NCBI GenBank assembly: GCA_027001995.1
Contig: JALTLO010000064.1
Span: 1 to 64,000, forward strand
Direction of reading: 5' to 3'
Origin: Planctomycetota bacterium
Lineage (GTDB): Bacteria > Planctomycetota > GCA-002687715 > DRQF01
DNA length: 64,000 nt
Of the stretch, positions 27,636-36,820 are shown in pieces (within the stretch, counting starts at the first letter, position 1; every line of letters starts with the position of its first letter). A program made the translations under genes and the position numbers. The notes under the pieces are model-generated. The model worked only from the letters and a program-made list of their open reading frames with translations, was not told where the DNA came from and searched no databases.

Positions 27636-28880
27636 CTAATTAACCGGGAATTGAACCTGTCGGATTGTACCTTCTGGAGAGAAATAGATCTCTAGGATGT
27701 TTGCGCCTGGTTTAATGGTGACTGGATTTGCGTGAACTAAGAATTCTTTGCGGATCTCCTCTAGCAGCTTCTTGCCTACTTCGGTGACACACTTCACTGG
27801 CTGAGGGACGAGTTCGACGATGCCGAAAGTCTCAGATTTCCCTAATCTCGCGATGAACTCGGGGTCGGGGATCTTGACGGCGATGGCTACGCGCGCGGGT
27901 CCTTGGACTGGACGCGAGTCGGTTTTTGGTGCCTCAGTGGGGTGAATCACAATGAGAGGACCATTGATTTCTAATTTCTTTTCCTCGATCCAACTCTTGA
28001 GGTTTGAAATGGTCTCGGGGATATTTTCGTCACCGCCGACAAGGTGAGCATATGCAAAAGAGCCAGCAATGGACTGTTTCGAGATAATACGGTCTTGTTT
28101 TAGGTCTTTTGGTGCTTCGAACCACTCCGGTTTCCAGGTCGGATTGAGTTGGTAGACGATGCTTCGTTGCTGGGCGTGAGGTTTGCCGTTTTCCAAAGAA
28201 TCGATTTCGTGGGCAAATTGAATGCCCTCAATGGGACGATAGTCCCGCAAAATCAGGGTGAAGGACATGTCCTTGGAGCTATCTTCCATGGTGACCCGCT
28301 CAATGAGGCCAGTGGAGACCGTAAAGTCAAAGGTGAGTGTGATGTTGGGGCGTTCTTTGTCGTGGACCTCTAAGCGTTCGACGTCTTCTTTTTGCTCGTT
28401 CTTGTGGTGGCCCCGATGTTTGAGGTCGAAGCGCTCTGTGTCTTTCAGGACCGCGAGTTTCGAGATTTCGAAGAGCCAAGATTGTTGACTCGGAAGATCG
28501 TTTTTCGGATCCCGAGGTTCTAAGTCAACCACCGCGCCGTCGACCACATGCCAAGAGCTTTTTGGCCCCTGAATGAATTCTTCCCGGACCCCAAAATTCT
28601 TCCACTGACGAATCTCTCGATAACTGTTGGCGGAAGCCATCAGCGTATCTAGCTCGAAAGTTGACGAAAAATCATCTTGGCTTTCGACCAAAGTGGAGTG
28701 GGTTTGCAGGGATTGAATGGACGCGGGGGAAACGTCGCCCCAAAGGGAAGTGATGGCTTTGTCTAAGAGCACTTGTTCTGGGCTCTTGGGATCTGCGGGA
28801 TCCGGTCCACAACTGACGAGGGTTGCCAACAGGCCAAGAAGAGCTGCCACGATAGTGGTCTTGGAATTCAGGTTCGACAT
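27636..28880 (-). CDS. Lipoprotein; LolA-like/beta-rich N-terminal part and possible GyrI-like C-terminal part
   Basis: Lipobox LVSC; DYRPIEGIQFAHEI motif; C-terminal LKSWIEEKKLEINGP...LEIY resembles GyrI-like domains. Confidence 0.6.
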   Translation of the reverse strand: MSNLNSKTTIVAALLGLLATLVSCGPDPADPKSPEQVLLDKAITSLWGDVSPASIQSLQTHSTLVESQDDFSSTFELDTLMASANSYREIRQWKNFGVREEFIQGPKSSWHVVDGAVVDLEPRDPKNDLPSQQSWLFEISKLAVLKDTERFDLKHRGHHKNEQKEDVERLEVHDKERPNITLTFDFTVSTGLIERVTMEDSSKDMSFTLILRDYRPIEGIQFAHEIDSLENGKPHAQQRSIVYQLNPTWKPEWFEAPKDLKQDRIISKQSIAGSFAYAHLVGGDENIPETISNLKSWIEEKKLEINGPLIVIHPTEAPKTDSRPVQGPARVAIAVKIPDPEFIARLGKSETFGIVELVPQPVKCVTEVGKKLLEEIRKEFLVHANPVTIKPGANILEIYFSPEGTIRQVQFPVN

Positions 28881-29225
28881 AGTGGAATCGCGCCATCTCC
28901 TGGGGTTTCTGGCGCCCGCATCCTCGAGGGAAAAAGTCGGAGAAACGAGGTCATTCGCAGAGAAACTACCATGCTTTCAATTTTGTTTCAATTGGGGAGC
29001 ATTGTGATTGTGTACCGTAAGTTCTTTTGCCTTAGTTGTTTATGGCTGGAATGAAGAGCACCCTGGGGCCACAACATCCTGGGCTTCGCTCGTAGAAGAC
29101 CATCCAATCACTCCATTCGCCGGGAATTATGGAGGTTCGAGGTGAGCCCCTCATTTCTTTACCCCGGCCTCTCAAGTTTGGGGAAAATGACCCAGAAAAG
29201 GGATTCTTCTGTCAAATAGTGGAAT

Positions 29226-29505
29226 TACGGTATCTAGACCGTATGCTTTGGGTGACACCTTCGGAAGAAAGGTGGAAATCAGCGTTGTTGGGAGACTCAT
29301 TCGGCAATCTACCGAGTGCAAATGAGTTTCGGAGGGACGGTCTGGAGCGAATAGCCCAGATCGTCTTTTCTTGTTTGATCCCGTGAGGGACAAAAAAGAA
29401 CGCTGAACCGCCACAGACGACTCGCGCCGTTAGATCGCCTGCGGTGGAACAGCGTTGTTGGATCAGCATTGCTCAGGTTTCTTGGCAGAGAAACTGGTGA
29501 GTCTC
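29226..29505 (+). ncRNA. Candidate structured RNA of unrecognised family
   Basis: A run of adjacent hairpins with G-U pairs, a GTGA tetraloop and long-range complementary segments in a non-coding gap. Strand uncertain. Confidence 0.35.
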
Positions 29506-29645
29506 GCCATCTAAATAGACGCTCTCCGTCATTCATTACGATCAATCAGAAAAAAATGTCCGCAGCACCCTGGTTCACTGGGAAGTCACCCATCTGCGGG
29601 TACAATTCGCCCCACCCATTTGATCGACGACAGCTTTGGTGAAGA

Positions 29646-31676
29646 ATGAACAACAAGTTTTTGCGCGGCCTCAATCCTAATCAAAGGCAAGCGGTACAAC
29701 ATACAGAAGGACCCCTCCTGGTTCTGGCTGGGGCAGGTACGGGGAAAACACGGGTTGTCACCGTGCGCATTGCTCACCTCGTGGCCAACGATGTATCTCC
29801 TGAGAACATTTTGGCTGTGACCTTCACCAATAAGGCGGCCCGTGAGATGCGGGAGCGGGCAGGGAAATTGGTTGGATCGAAAGCTGCAAAAGAGTTGACG
29901 GTGACGACCTTTCACTCCTTCGCCATTCGCTTACTGAGACGTTATGGCGACAAGCTTGGCTACCGCAAGAATTTTGGCATCGCCACCGAGGAAGACCGAA
30001 AGACCCTACTGCGGACAATTCTTCGGGAGAACGGCGTCTCGAATAAGCTGGTAGCGCCCAAGTGGGGTGTTTATCAGATTTCCGCTTGGAAAAATGATGG
30101 ACTTGACGCAGATGCGTCTATGGAGGCAGCTTGCGATGATGCTGAGATCCACCTTGCCCACGCTTATCAAATATTAAGTAAAGAGATGAAGCGCCGTCAG
30201 GTGATGGATTTCGATGACATGATTTTATTGAGCCGCGGTTTGCTCCGGGATCATCCTGACGTGGTCGACGCTTGTCGGGATCGTTTTCGCTACATGATGG
30301 TTGACGAGTATCAGGATACAAACTCGGTTCAGTATGATCTTATTCGCTCCTTGGCTGGAGGGCGCCGCAATTTGGCTGTGGTGGGAGATGATGATCAAAG
30401 TATCTACGGCTGGCGCGGAGCTCAGGCTGGAAACATTCTTGATTTCGCCAAGCATTATCCAGGAGCGAAGGTGGTCACTCTGGATCAGAACTATCGCTCC
30501 ACCAATGTGATCTTGCGGGCCGCGAATCGCGTCATCAGCAACAATCAAGGCAGAATGGAGAAGAACCTCTGGTCTGCCTTGGGAGAAGGCAGCCTGATAC
30601 AGCTTTTTCGGGGGGAGGATGAACGGGATGAGTTGATGCATCTCATCGCAAGAATCCGAGGCTTAACGCATCGGCAAGTTCCCTACAGCAAGATCGCCAT
30701 TCTTTTTCGAGCCAATACTCAAGGAAACGCAATTGAGCTGTTTCTTCGGGAAGCAGATATTCCTTATCGGGTGGTGGGAACTCGTTCTCTTTTTGACCGA
30801 CGTGAGTGTCGAGACCTCATCGCTTACCTCAAGGTCTTGGCCAACCCCATGGACGATGGGGCCTTGCTGCGGATCATCAATACCCCTTCTCGAGGAATTG
30901 GTCGGACGACCCAGGACAAGCTGATGGCGGCGGGGGTGAGTGCCAGAAGAGGAACTCTTGAGCAGATTCTAAGTGGCGCTAGCGATACTTCCTTTTCGCC
31001 GAAAATCAACGCCGCTGTGGTTGAATTTCGGGAGGTGATGGCGGCCACTCAAACTCATTTTGATGAAGGCCGCTTGGCTGAGGGCATGGAGTACCTGCTG
31101 GAAGAAATTGGCTATCGTGACTACCTCATGATTGACGCTGAGAATGCTCAAGATGCGTTGATACGATGGAATGTTCTTCTTCAGCTCATTGAATTGGCCC
31201 AAGCCTTTGAAGACGCTCACAAAGGGGAAGACATTCTTCCGGCCTATTTAGAATCGCTGGCTTTGGATGAACGTCCTAAGGATGATTCTAATAAGGAAGA
31301 AGATGGAGTCACCATGTTGACCGTCCATGCTGCCAAGGGTCTTGAGTATGATCATGTCTTCTTGACGGGACTGGAGGAGGGACTCTTGCCCCACAAGAAT
31401 TCTCTGGGTGACGACGATAACTTAGACACCATCGATGAAGAGCGCCGACTCTTCTATGTGGCGGTGACCCGAGCCAGAAAAGAACTTTATTTGAGTTTGG
31501 CTAAGACCCGCCGCCGTTGGGGTAAAGATGAGGAACGGGAAGAATCTCGTTTTCTTGGTGAGCTGGGCGATGAAGATTTGAGTGTGATTGATCCGGCAAC
31601 CGAAGGACCGGCAGAAGAAGAAGTCGCCACGGACTATCTGTCCCAACTCAAGGGGCTCTTCGGCGGTTCTGAATAA
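29646..31676 (+). CDS. uvrD: UvrD/Rep/PcrA superfamily 1 DNA helicase
   Basis: LAGAGTGKT, VTFTNKAA, VDEYQDTN, VGDDDQSIYGWRGA, QNYRST, TVHAAKGLEY and EERRLFYVAVTRA motifs. Confidence 0.95.
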   Translation: MNNKFLRGLNPNQRQAVQHTEGPLLVLAGAGTGKTRVVTVRIAHLVANDVSPENILAVTFTNKAAREMRERAGKLVGSKAAKELTVTTFHSFAIRLLRRYGDKLGYRKNFGIATEEDRKTLLRTILRENGVSNKLVAPKWGVYQISAWKNDGLDADASMEAACDDAEIHLAHAYQILSKEMKRRQVMDFDDMILLSRGLLRDHPDVVDACRDRFRYMMVDEYQDTNSVQYDLIRSLAGGRRNLAVVGDDDQSIYGWRGAQAGNILDFAKHYPGAKVVTLDQNYRSTNVILRAANRVISNNQGRMEKNLWSALGEGSLIQLFRGEDERDELMHLIARIRGLTHRQVPYSKIAILFRANTQGNAIELFLREADIPYRVVGTRSLFDRRECRDLIAYLKVLANPMDDGALLRIINTPSRGIGRTTQDKLMAAGVSARRGTLEQILSGASDTSFSPKINAAVVEFREVMAATQTHFDEGRLAEGMEYLLEEIGYRDYLMIDAENAQDALIRWNVLLQLIELAQAFEDAHKGEDILPAYLESLALDERPKDDSNKEEDGVTMLTVHAAKGLEYDHVFLTGLEEGLLPHKNSLGDDDNLDTIDEERRLFYVAVTRARKELYLSLAKTRRRWGKDEEREESRFLGELGDEDLSVIDPATEGPAEEEVATDYLSQLKGLFGGSE

Positions 31677-31717
31677 CTTCTCTTAGTTACGTTCCACGTC
31701 GTGTTTCTCGGTGGCAG

Positions 31718-31762
31718 AAAAAAAGACTGCTCTTCTTGCCTTCGTTGAGGTGAGAAGAGCAG
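31718..31762 (-). terminator. Rho-independent terminator
   Basis: Stem CTGCTCTTCT...AGAAGAGCAG with a T7 tract on the minus strand, downstream of the gene ending at 31789. Confidence 0.7.
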
Positions 31763-31788
31763 CCAGATTCTTGATTTCGCCGTAAAGT

Positions 31789-33201
31789 TTAGATTCTTTT
31801 CTTCAAACGACGCAGTTCTTTGCGCAGCTTTTGGACTTGGCGCTCGAGGTTTTCGATTTCCTCTTCGAGGTCATTGTCGTCTTGGCCATGATGGTGGTCT
31901 TCGTCGGCTTCTTCGATGATTTCCACGGTGTGACGACTGTGGTTGTTGTTGTGGGTTTGGGTGTCCTTGTGTTTCCGCAAGAAGCCCTTCAGAGAAGGCT
32001 TGTGGCCTCCGTGACCTTTGCCCATATGGCCTCCATGGCCCTTTTCGTGTTTTCCGTGACCCTTGGAACTAAACAGATTGCCTATCGTGGGCATGTGCTT
32101 TTTGTGCATCTTCGATGAGAATGGGCCCCCACCATGATGTTTGCTTCTGTGCTTCTTGGGAGCTTTCTTAAAGTAGAAGTCAGCCTTATTTGAGGCTTTG
32201 CCCTTCTTTGGGCAGTTGGAGCAGTTCTCTTTCTTGCCGCTGGATCGCCAAGTGCCAACTTTTCCATGGGGACCTTTGCGGGACCAAGCAAAACTATGTT
32301 TTTTTGGGGCTTCTTTGGACCAAGCGAAGGGGTGGTTCTTCTTGTGGGCTTTTCCCTTGAAGTGCTTACTTTGTTGGTCGCAATGGCCCTTAGCCATGTT
32401 CTTGGGGAATCCGTGCTTCTTATTGAAGAAACCATGGGCCTTGCTGTTTTTGTGTGGGGCGAAGGAAAAAGATCCGTGTGACTTTTTGCTCTTTTTGCTG
32501 CCATGGTTGCAGTTGCAGCAGCTTCCGCCTTTTTTTCCTCTGTGCTGAGACAGCATCTTGAAGATGTTGCGGCAAGCTTTCATGGGGAAGTGCATGCCGT
32601 GTTTGCCGTATTGGACGTGGATGTCGTCGGCACCTTGAAGCATGGGGAAATTGATTCCTCCCTTTGGACTCATTAAGTTCATCAAGGGGAGGGGTTGGCC
32701 ATCCAGTTTAATCTGAACTTTGGCCAGGTGCTTCATGGCTTCTCCAGCCAGAGCTTGCCATTCGCCACCTTCCATGTCGCCGAGGAGAGCCATAAAAGGA
32801 GCCAAGCCTTTGGGGTTCTCATGAGTGAGTTGACTGAGAATGCCAGCCATCCCTTCTGGCATCGCTTCGATCTCGAAGATGACTTCGTCGTCGCCATCAT
32901 GCTCGGTCTCAACGTGGATGCTAGCTTCGCCATGATTGTCCAGGTTGAAAACATGACCTTGATGGGTGTTCTCGTGGAGATTCTTGCCTTCTTTTCTGTG
33001 GATGATGACCTGATGGCCATCAGTCAACTTCTTTAATCGAAGGATCTGATCTTTGTGGTTCTTTTTGGTCTTCTTCTTGAGATGGATGCCAGGCTCCAAC
33101 TCAATCACTTCTACCTCGATCTCCCCATCCTGAGCTTTGGCATGAAGGCACATGCCGGCAAGGATGAGAGTGCTCAACATGAGCGTGGTTATTCTCTGCA
33201 T
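31789..33201 (-). CDS. Secreted His/Lys/Gly-rich low-complexity protein
   Basis: Signal peptide from ATG 33201; long H/K-rich region; C-terminal coiled coil; own terminator. Confidence 0.7.
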   Translation of the reverse strand: MQRITTLMLSTLILAGMCLHAKAQDGEIEVEVIELEPGIHLKKKTKKNHKDQILRLKKLTDGHQVIIHRKEGKNLHENTHQGHVFNLDNHGEASIHVETEHDGDDEVIFEIEAMPEGMAGILSQLTHENPKGLAPFMALLGDMEGGEWQALAGEAMKHLAKVQIKLDGQPLPLMNLMSPKGGINFPMLQGADDIHVQYGKHGMHFPMKACRNIFKMLSQHRGKKGGSCCNCNHGSKKSKKSHGSFSFAPHKNSKAHGFFNKKHGFPKNMAKGHCDQQSKHFKGKAHKKNHPFAWSKEAPKKHSFAWSRKGPHGKVGTWRSSGKKENCSNCPKKGKASNKADFYFKKAPKKHRSKHHGGGPFSSKMHKKHMPTIGNLFSSKGHGKHEKGHGGHMGKGHGGHKPSLKGFLRKHKDTQTHNNNHSRHTVEIIEEADEDHHHGQDDNDLEEEIENLERQVQKLRKELRRLKKRI

Positions 33202-33352
33202 AGGTGAAACTCCCGTTCTTCCGTTATGCGCGATTCGTGCCGCGCTCCAAGAAAGCGGGATTGTCACCCGCGCGAGTGATGGTACGGTTCCTATCGGAAC
33301 TTGCCCCGTGTTTATTCATGACAACTCATTTTCTCCTTTCACAAACGAATAA

Positions 33353-34552
33353 ATGACACTCTCATCTACAGAAGTCAAAGTCATAGAACGACTTAGGGGT
33401 ATGGCCCCCCAGCTTGAAGAATGGCTCGAGAAATTCGTCAGCATCGACACTTACACCGACAATCATGGAGGAATCAATGAATTTGGCTGGCAATTAGAGC
33501 AGGAATTCATGAAATCTGGCCTTCACACCAGTGCTTTTGTCACCGGTGTCTCTGGCCAGTACGTGATTGCCCGAACCCGGGTGCGAGAGGGAAATCGGCT
33601 TATGCTCCTGGGTCATATGGATACCGTGTTTCCCACAGGTTCAGTGAATCTTGAGGTGGGAGTGGATCCGAAGAACCCGGATCGCCTTCTTGGGCCCGGC
33701 GTCACCGACATGAAGGGGGGCATAGCCATTATTCTGGGGGCGGTCAGGGCCTTGCACGAAGAAGGACTTTTGCAGGATCGCTCGCTTTGCGTGGTTTTCT
33801 CTGCAGATGAGGAGACTGGGTCTCCTGCGGGGCGTGATTTGATTCGCCAAGAGGCAGAAGAGCAGCATTTGTGCCTGGTTTTTGAATCAGGAACCCCCCT
33901 TGGCGGTGGTGGCTCCGCCTTTGTGACTGGCCGCAAGGGGATGGGACGATTTCGATTGGAGATCAAAGGCATAGCGGCTCACTCCGGGGTTGCGAAAGCC
34001 CAAGGGCTGTCAGCCGCCCTGGAGGCCGCTCACAAGATTATTGACTTAGAAGCCCTCAATGACCCGGAAAAACAGATCACAGTGAACGTGGGGACGGTGA
34101 AGTCTGGCACATCGATCAATACGGTGCCTGACCAGGCGATTCTTGAAATCGACTGTCGTTTTGCCGACCCGGAGGAGGGGGAGAAAGTTTTAAGCCGCAT
34201 TCGAGAAGTTTGCAGTGAAGCCTCCATTTGCCTTGACACAACTGGTGCCAAGCCGGAGTTGATCTTAGAAGAACTTTGCGGCCATGGTCCTTTCTTGCGC
34301 ACGGAGGCCATTGAGCGCATGGCCAATCGAATCAAGAACTGGGGCCAAGACATCGGGCTTTCATTGGAGGAAGAATCCCGGGGGGGATGCAGCGATGGCA
34401 ACATCACCGCCGCCATCGGAATTCCAACGGTGGATGGTTTGGGTGCGGTTGGTGGTAATATCCACTCTCAACAGGAATGGTTGGACAAGAAGTCCTTGCT
34501 CGATCGAAGTTCTCTCTTGGCGCTCACGATGATGAGATTCTATGAACTCTAA
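33353..34552 (+). CDS. M20 metallopeptidase (glutamate carboxypeptidase G2-like)
   Basis: GHMDTV, GPGVTDMKGG, DEETGS, VFES and GGNIHS motifs. Confidence 0.9.
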   Translation: MTLSSTEVKVIERLRGMAPQLEEWLEKFVSIDTYTDNHGGINEFGWQLEQEFMKSGLHTSAFVTGVSGQYVIARTRVREGNRLMLLGHMDTVFPTGSVNLEVGVDPKNPDRLLGPGVTDMKGGIAIILGAVRALHEEGLLQDRSLCVVFSADEETGSPAGRDLIRQEAEEQHLCLVFESGTPLGGGGSAFVTGRKGMGRFRLEIKGIAAHSGVAKAQGLSAALEAAHKIIDLEALNDPEKQITVNVGTVKSGTSINTVPDQAILEIDCRFADPEEGEKVLSRIREVCSEASICLDTTGAKPELILEELCGHGPFLRTEAIERMANRIKNWGQDIGLSLEEESRGGCSDGNITAAIGIPTVDGLGAVGGNIHSQQEWLDKKSLLDRSSLLALTMMRFYEL

Positions 34553-35390
34553 AGCTCTTCTGATAGTGATTCTTGCTGCTGTGGCCTATGGCGGTTTTAT
34601 TGCGGCACATAAGAGATTTGACCAACGCACAGGGCCAGTTTCTCCAGAAGAACATGGCTTTGACGCCAGCCCTTTGATCGCGAAATGGATGCTTCTGGGC
34701 CAGGACAGCGTGGAGGCCATTTCGGCGGAGTTGGCTGTCGCAGATCCCGAAAGCCAGGAGTTGATCGCTCTTTTACCCAAGTCTGATGAGGCATGGTTTC
34801 TCCGATCCCAAGAGATCGCCAAAGCCGGAGCACCCAAAGCTGCCGCAGGAAAACTCATGGTGATCTTCCCTCAAGGGCGTCAGGTGGAATCTCCTCGAAC
34901 TTTGAAAGTGAGTCGAGATGGCACAGGCTCGGCTTGGGTCCGGGTCTTGGCGGTTAAAGACGGCAACCCCAAGGTTGAGATGGGGGGCTTCAAGATTCAA
35001 GTCAATGTGCCCCAGGTTTTTCCTGAAACGATGTCGTTTTCTTCGGGTCAAAGTTATCAGCTCATGGTGGCTGATTCTGAGACCGCGAAGAGCAGGCAGG
35101 TGGGGTCGTTCTCAATTCTGAACAGAGCCGAAATTGACCGAGTGAAGAAGGCCATGTCGATCTTGAGGAAACATGTTCACGAAGTGCGACCACGATTGTA
35201 TTTGCAGGCATCTGTGGCCATGTCTTGGGGGCTCCACGACAACGCTCAGAAGGTCTTGGACCGACTGCCTAGGCATAGCCAAGGAGTTGTTGAGCTTGGG
35301 TTGACTGAACGGTTGATTTTCCTCGCCGAGCGCCGCAACAACATGGCATTCTGCCGACAAATGCTGAGGCTTCAGAAACAATCGCGGTGA
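34542..35390 (+). CDS. Hypothetical protein with N-terminal signal/anchor
   Basis: 282-aa ORF overlapping the M20 gene end by 11 nt. Confidence 0.65.
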   Translation: MNSKALLIVILAAVAYGGFIAAHKRFDQRTGPVSPEEHGFDASPLIAKWMLLGQDSVEAISAELAVADPESQELIALLPKSDEAWFLRSQEIAKAGAPKAAAGKLMVIFPQGRQVESPRTLKVSRDGTGSAWVRVLAVKDGNPKVEMGGFKIQVNVPQVFPETMSFSSGQSYQLMVADSETAKSRQVGSFSILNRAEIDRVKKAMSILRKHVHEVRPRLYLQASVAMSWGLHDNAQKVLDRLPRHSQGVVELGLTERLIFLAERRNNMAFCRQMLRLQKQSR

Positions 35391-35403
35391 CTTCTTGAGG
35401 TCT

Positions 35404-36645
35404 CTATTGAGCGAGGAATTTCTCCGCCGCCAACTTCACATCTTCCAATTTCAACAGCCCAGGCGAGGCCTTGGCGATTTCGAAGATGAAGTTCACCAGA
35501 TTTTCATCCTGATCGTTGAAACCCAGTTTCTTCAGGCAGAACAAAACATTGGATTTTCCTGACATGGGACCAACACCAATCTCTTGTTCGCGGCCGAAAT
35601 CTCCAGCGGGGACGCCGGAATAAACCCGGTCTGCCAGCCAATTGTCGTTCTTGTTGAGTGCCTTGATCACTGCCGCAGCGTGAACCCCGGTTCCGGTCAA
35701 GAAGGCATCATGGCCGAATACGGGATAATTGGCTGGAATTTCGACACCCAGAATCTGGGCAGCCAGTTGGTCATAGGCGTGCAAGTGGGTGAGGTCGTTG
35801 TCGATCCAGCCCTCAAGTTTGAAGTTGACCAAAATGAGGTCCATGGCGGCATTGCCAGCGCGCTCCCCTATCCCGAGTGCGGCTCCGTGGATTTGGTCAG
35901 CTCCGGCTTCGACTGCCGCCAAGCAGTTGGTGACGCCTAATCCTCGGTCGCGGTGGCCGTGCCAATCGATCTTCACGTCTTTTCCGGACTCTTGCACCAA
36001 GTTCTTGATGAAGGAAACGAGCTTGAAGGTTCCTTGGGGCGTGGCGTGGCCACAGGTGTCACACACCACAAGACGTTCGGCCCCCAAGTCGATGGCATGT
36101 TGGTAAAGGCGAGCGATGTCTTCAGGCTTTGACCGTGTTGTGTCTTCAGTTACCAATGAGAATGGGACCTCGTGCTCTGCGGCCCAGCCAAGGGATTTGT
36201 CGATGTGTCCGAGAATCGTGTCCAAGGTCCAGCCTTCCGTATATTGACGGATGGGGGAGGAGCCGATGAAGCAATTGGCCAAAATAGGCAGGCCAGTTTC
36301 GTCCATAATGCGGCGGACGGGTTCGACATCATGAATGAGCGTGCGGCAGGCGGTGTTGACGTCGATGGACAACCCTTCGTCCTTGATCGTCTTGGCCAAA
36401 TCTAAGCAGTCGTCGTAGTGACGGTCTCCGGCACCGGGGAGGCCCACATTGACAGTATGAATGCCAATCTTGTCCATAAGCCGGATCAACTGGCGTTTCT
36501 CTTCGATGGTGGGATTCTTCACCGACGGGTTTTGCAGTCCGTCTCGAAGTGTTTCGTCGTCAAACGTGACAGTGCGTTTGGTGCCTGGAGCCCTCTCATA
36601 GGTATTCCAGTCAAAGATCAAATTGTCGTGAGCATTTTCGGTCAT
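35404..36645 (-). CDS. leuA: 2-isopropylmalate/homocitrate synthase family (DRE-TIM) protein lacking the C-terminal regulatory domain
   Basis: DETLRDG, HGHRD and GIGERAGN motifs; 413 aa. Substrate specificity cannot be determined from the sequence. Confidence 0.8.
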   Translation of the reverse strand: MTENAHDNLIFDWNTYERAPGTKRTVTFDDETLRDGLQNPSVKNPTIEEKRQLIRLMDKIGIHTVNVGLPGAGDRHYDDCLDLAKTIKDEGLSIDVNTACRTLIHDVEPVRRIMDETGLPILANCFIGSSPIRQYTEGWTLDTILGHIDKSLGWAAEHEVPFSLVTEDTTRSKPEDIARLYQHAIDLGAERLVVCDTCGHATPQGTFKLVSFIKNLVQESGKDVKIDWHGHRDRGLGVTNCLAAVEAGADQIHGAALGIGERAGNAAMDLILVNFKLEGWIDNDLTHLHAYDQLAAQILGVEIPANYPVFGHDAFLTGTGVHAAAVIKALNKNDNWLADRVYSGVPAGDFGREQEIGVGPMSGKSNVLFCLKKLGFNDQDENLVNFIFEIAKASPGLLKLEDVKLAAEKFLAQ

Positions 36646-36820
36646 GGGGTGATTCTAACCGCAGAGGGGGCTTGAGGGAAGTTAAGGGCCATCTGTGGGC
36701 GATACGGGAGCTATGTCCATTGATCCCAGCGGTTTGGTGATCTTTCTCGATTGAGAACGTCAATTTGGTCAAAAAATGTCAAATTATTGCCCTTCGTCAA
36801 AGATGCCGTAAAAGCAAGGC

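Noticed and set aside
29271..29461. Two copies of GGTGGAA(AT)CAGCGTTGTTGG as a possible CRISPR array
   Set aside because: Only two short copies about 170 nt apart, and no cas genes in the window.
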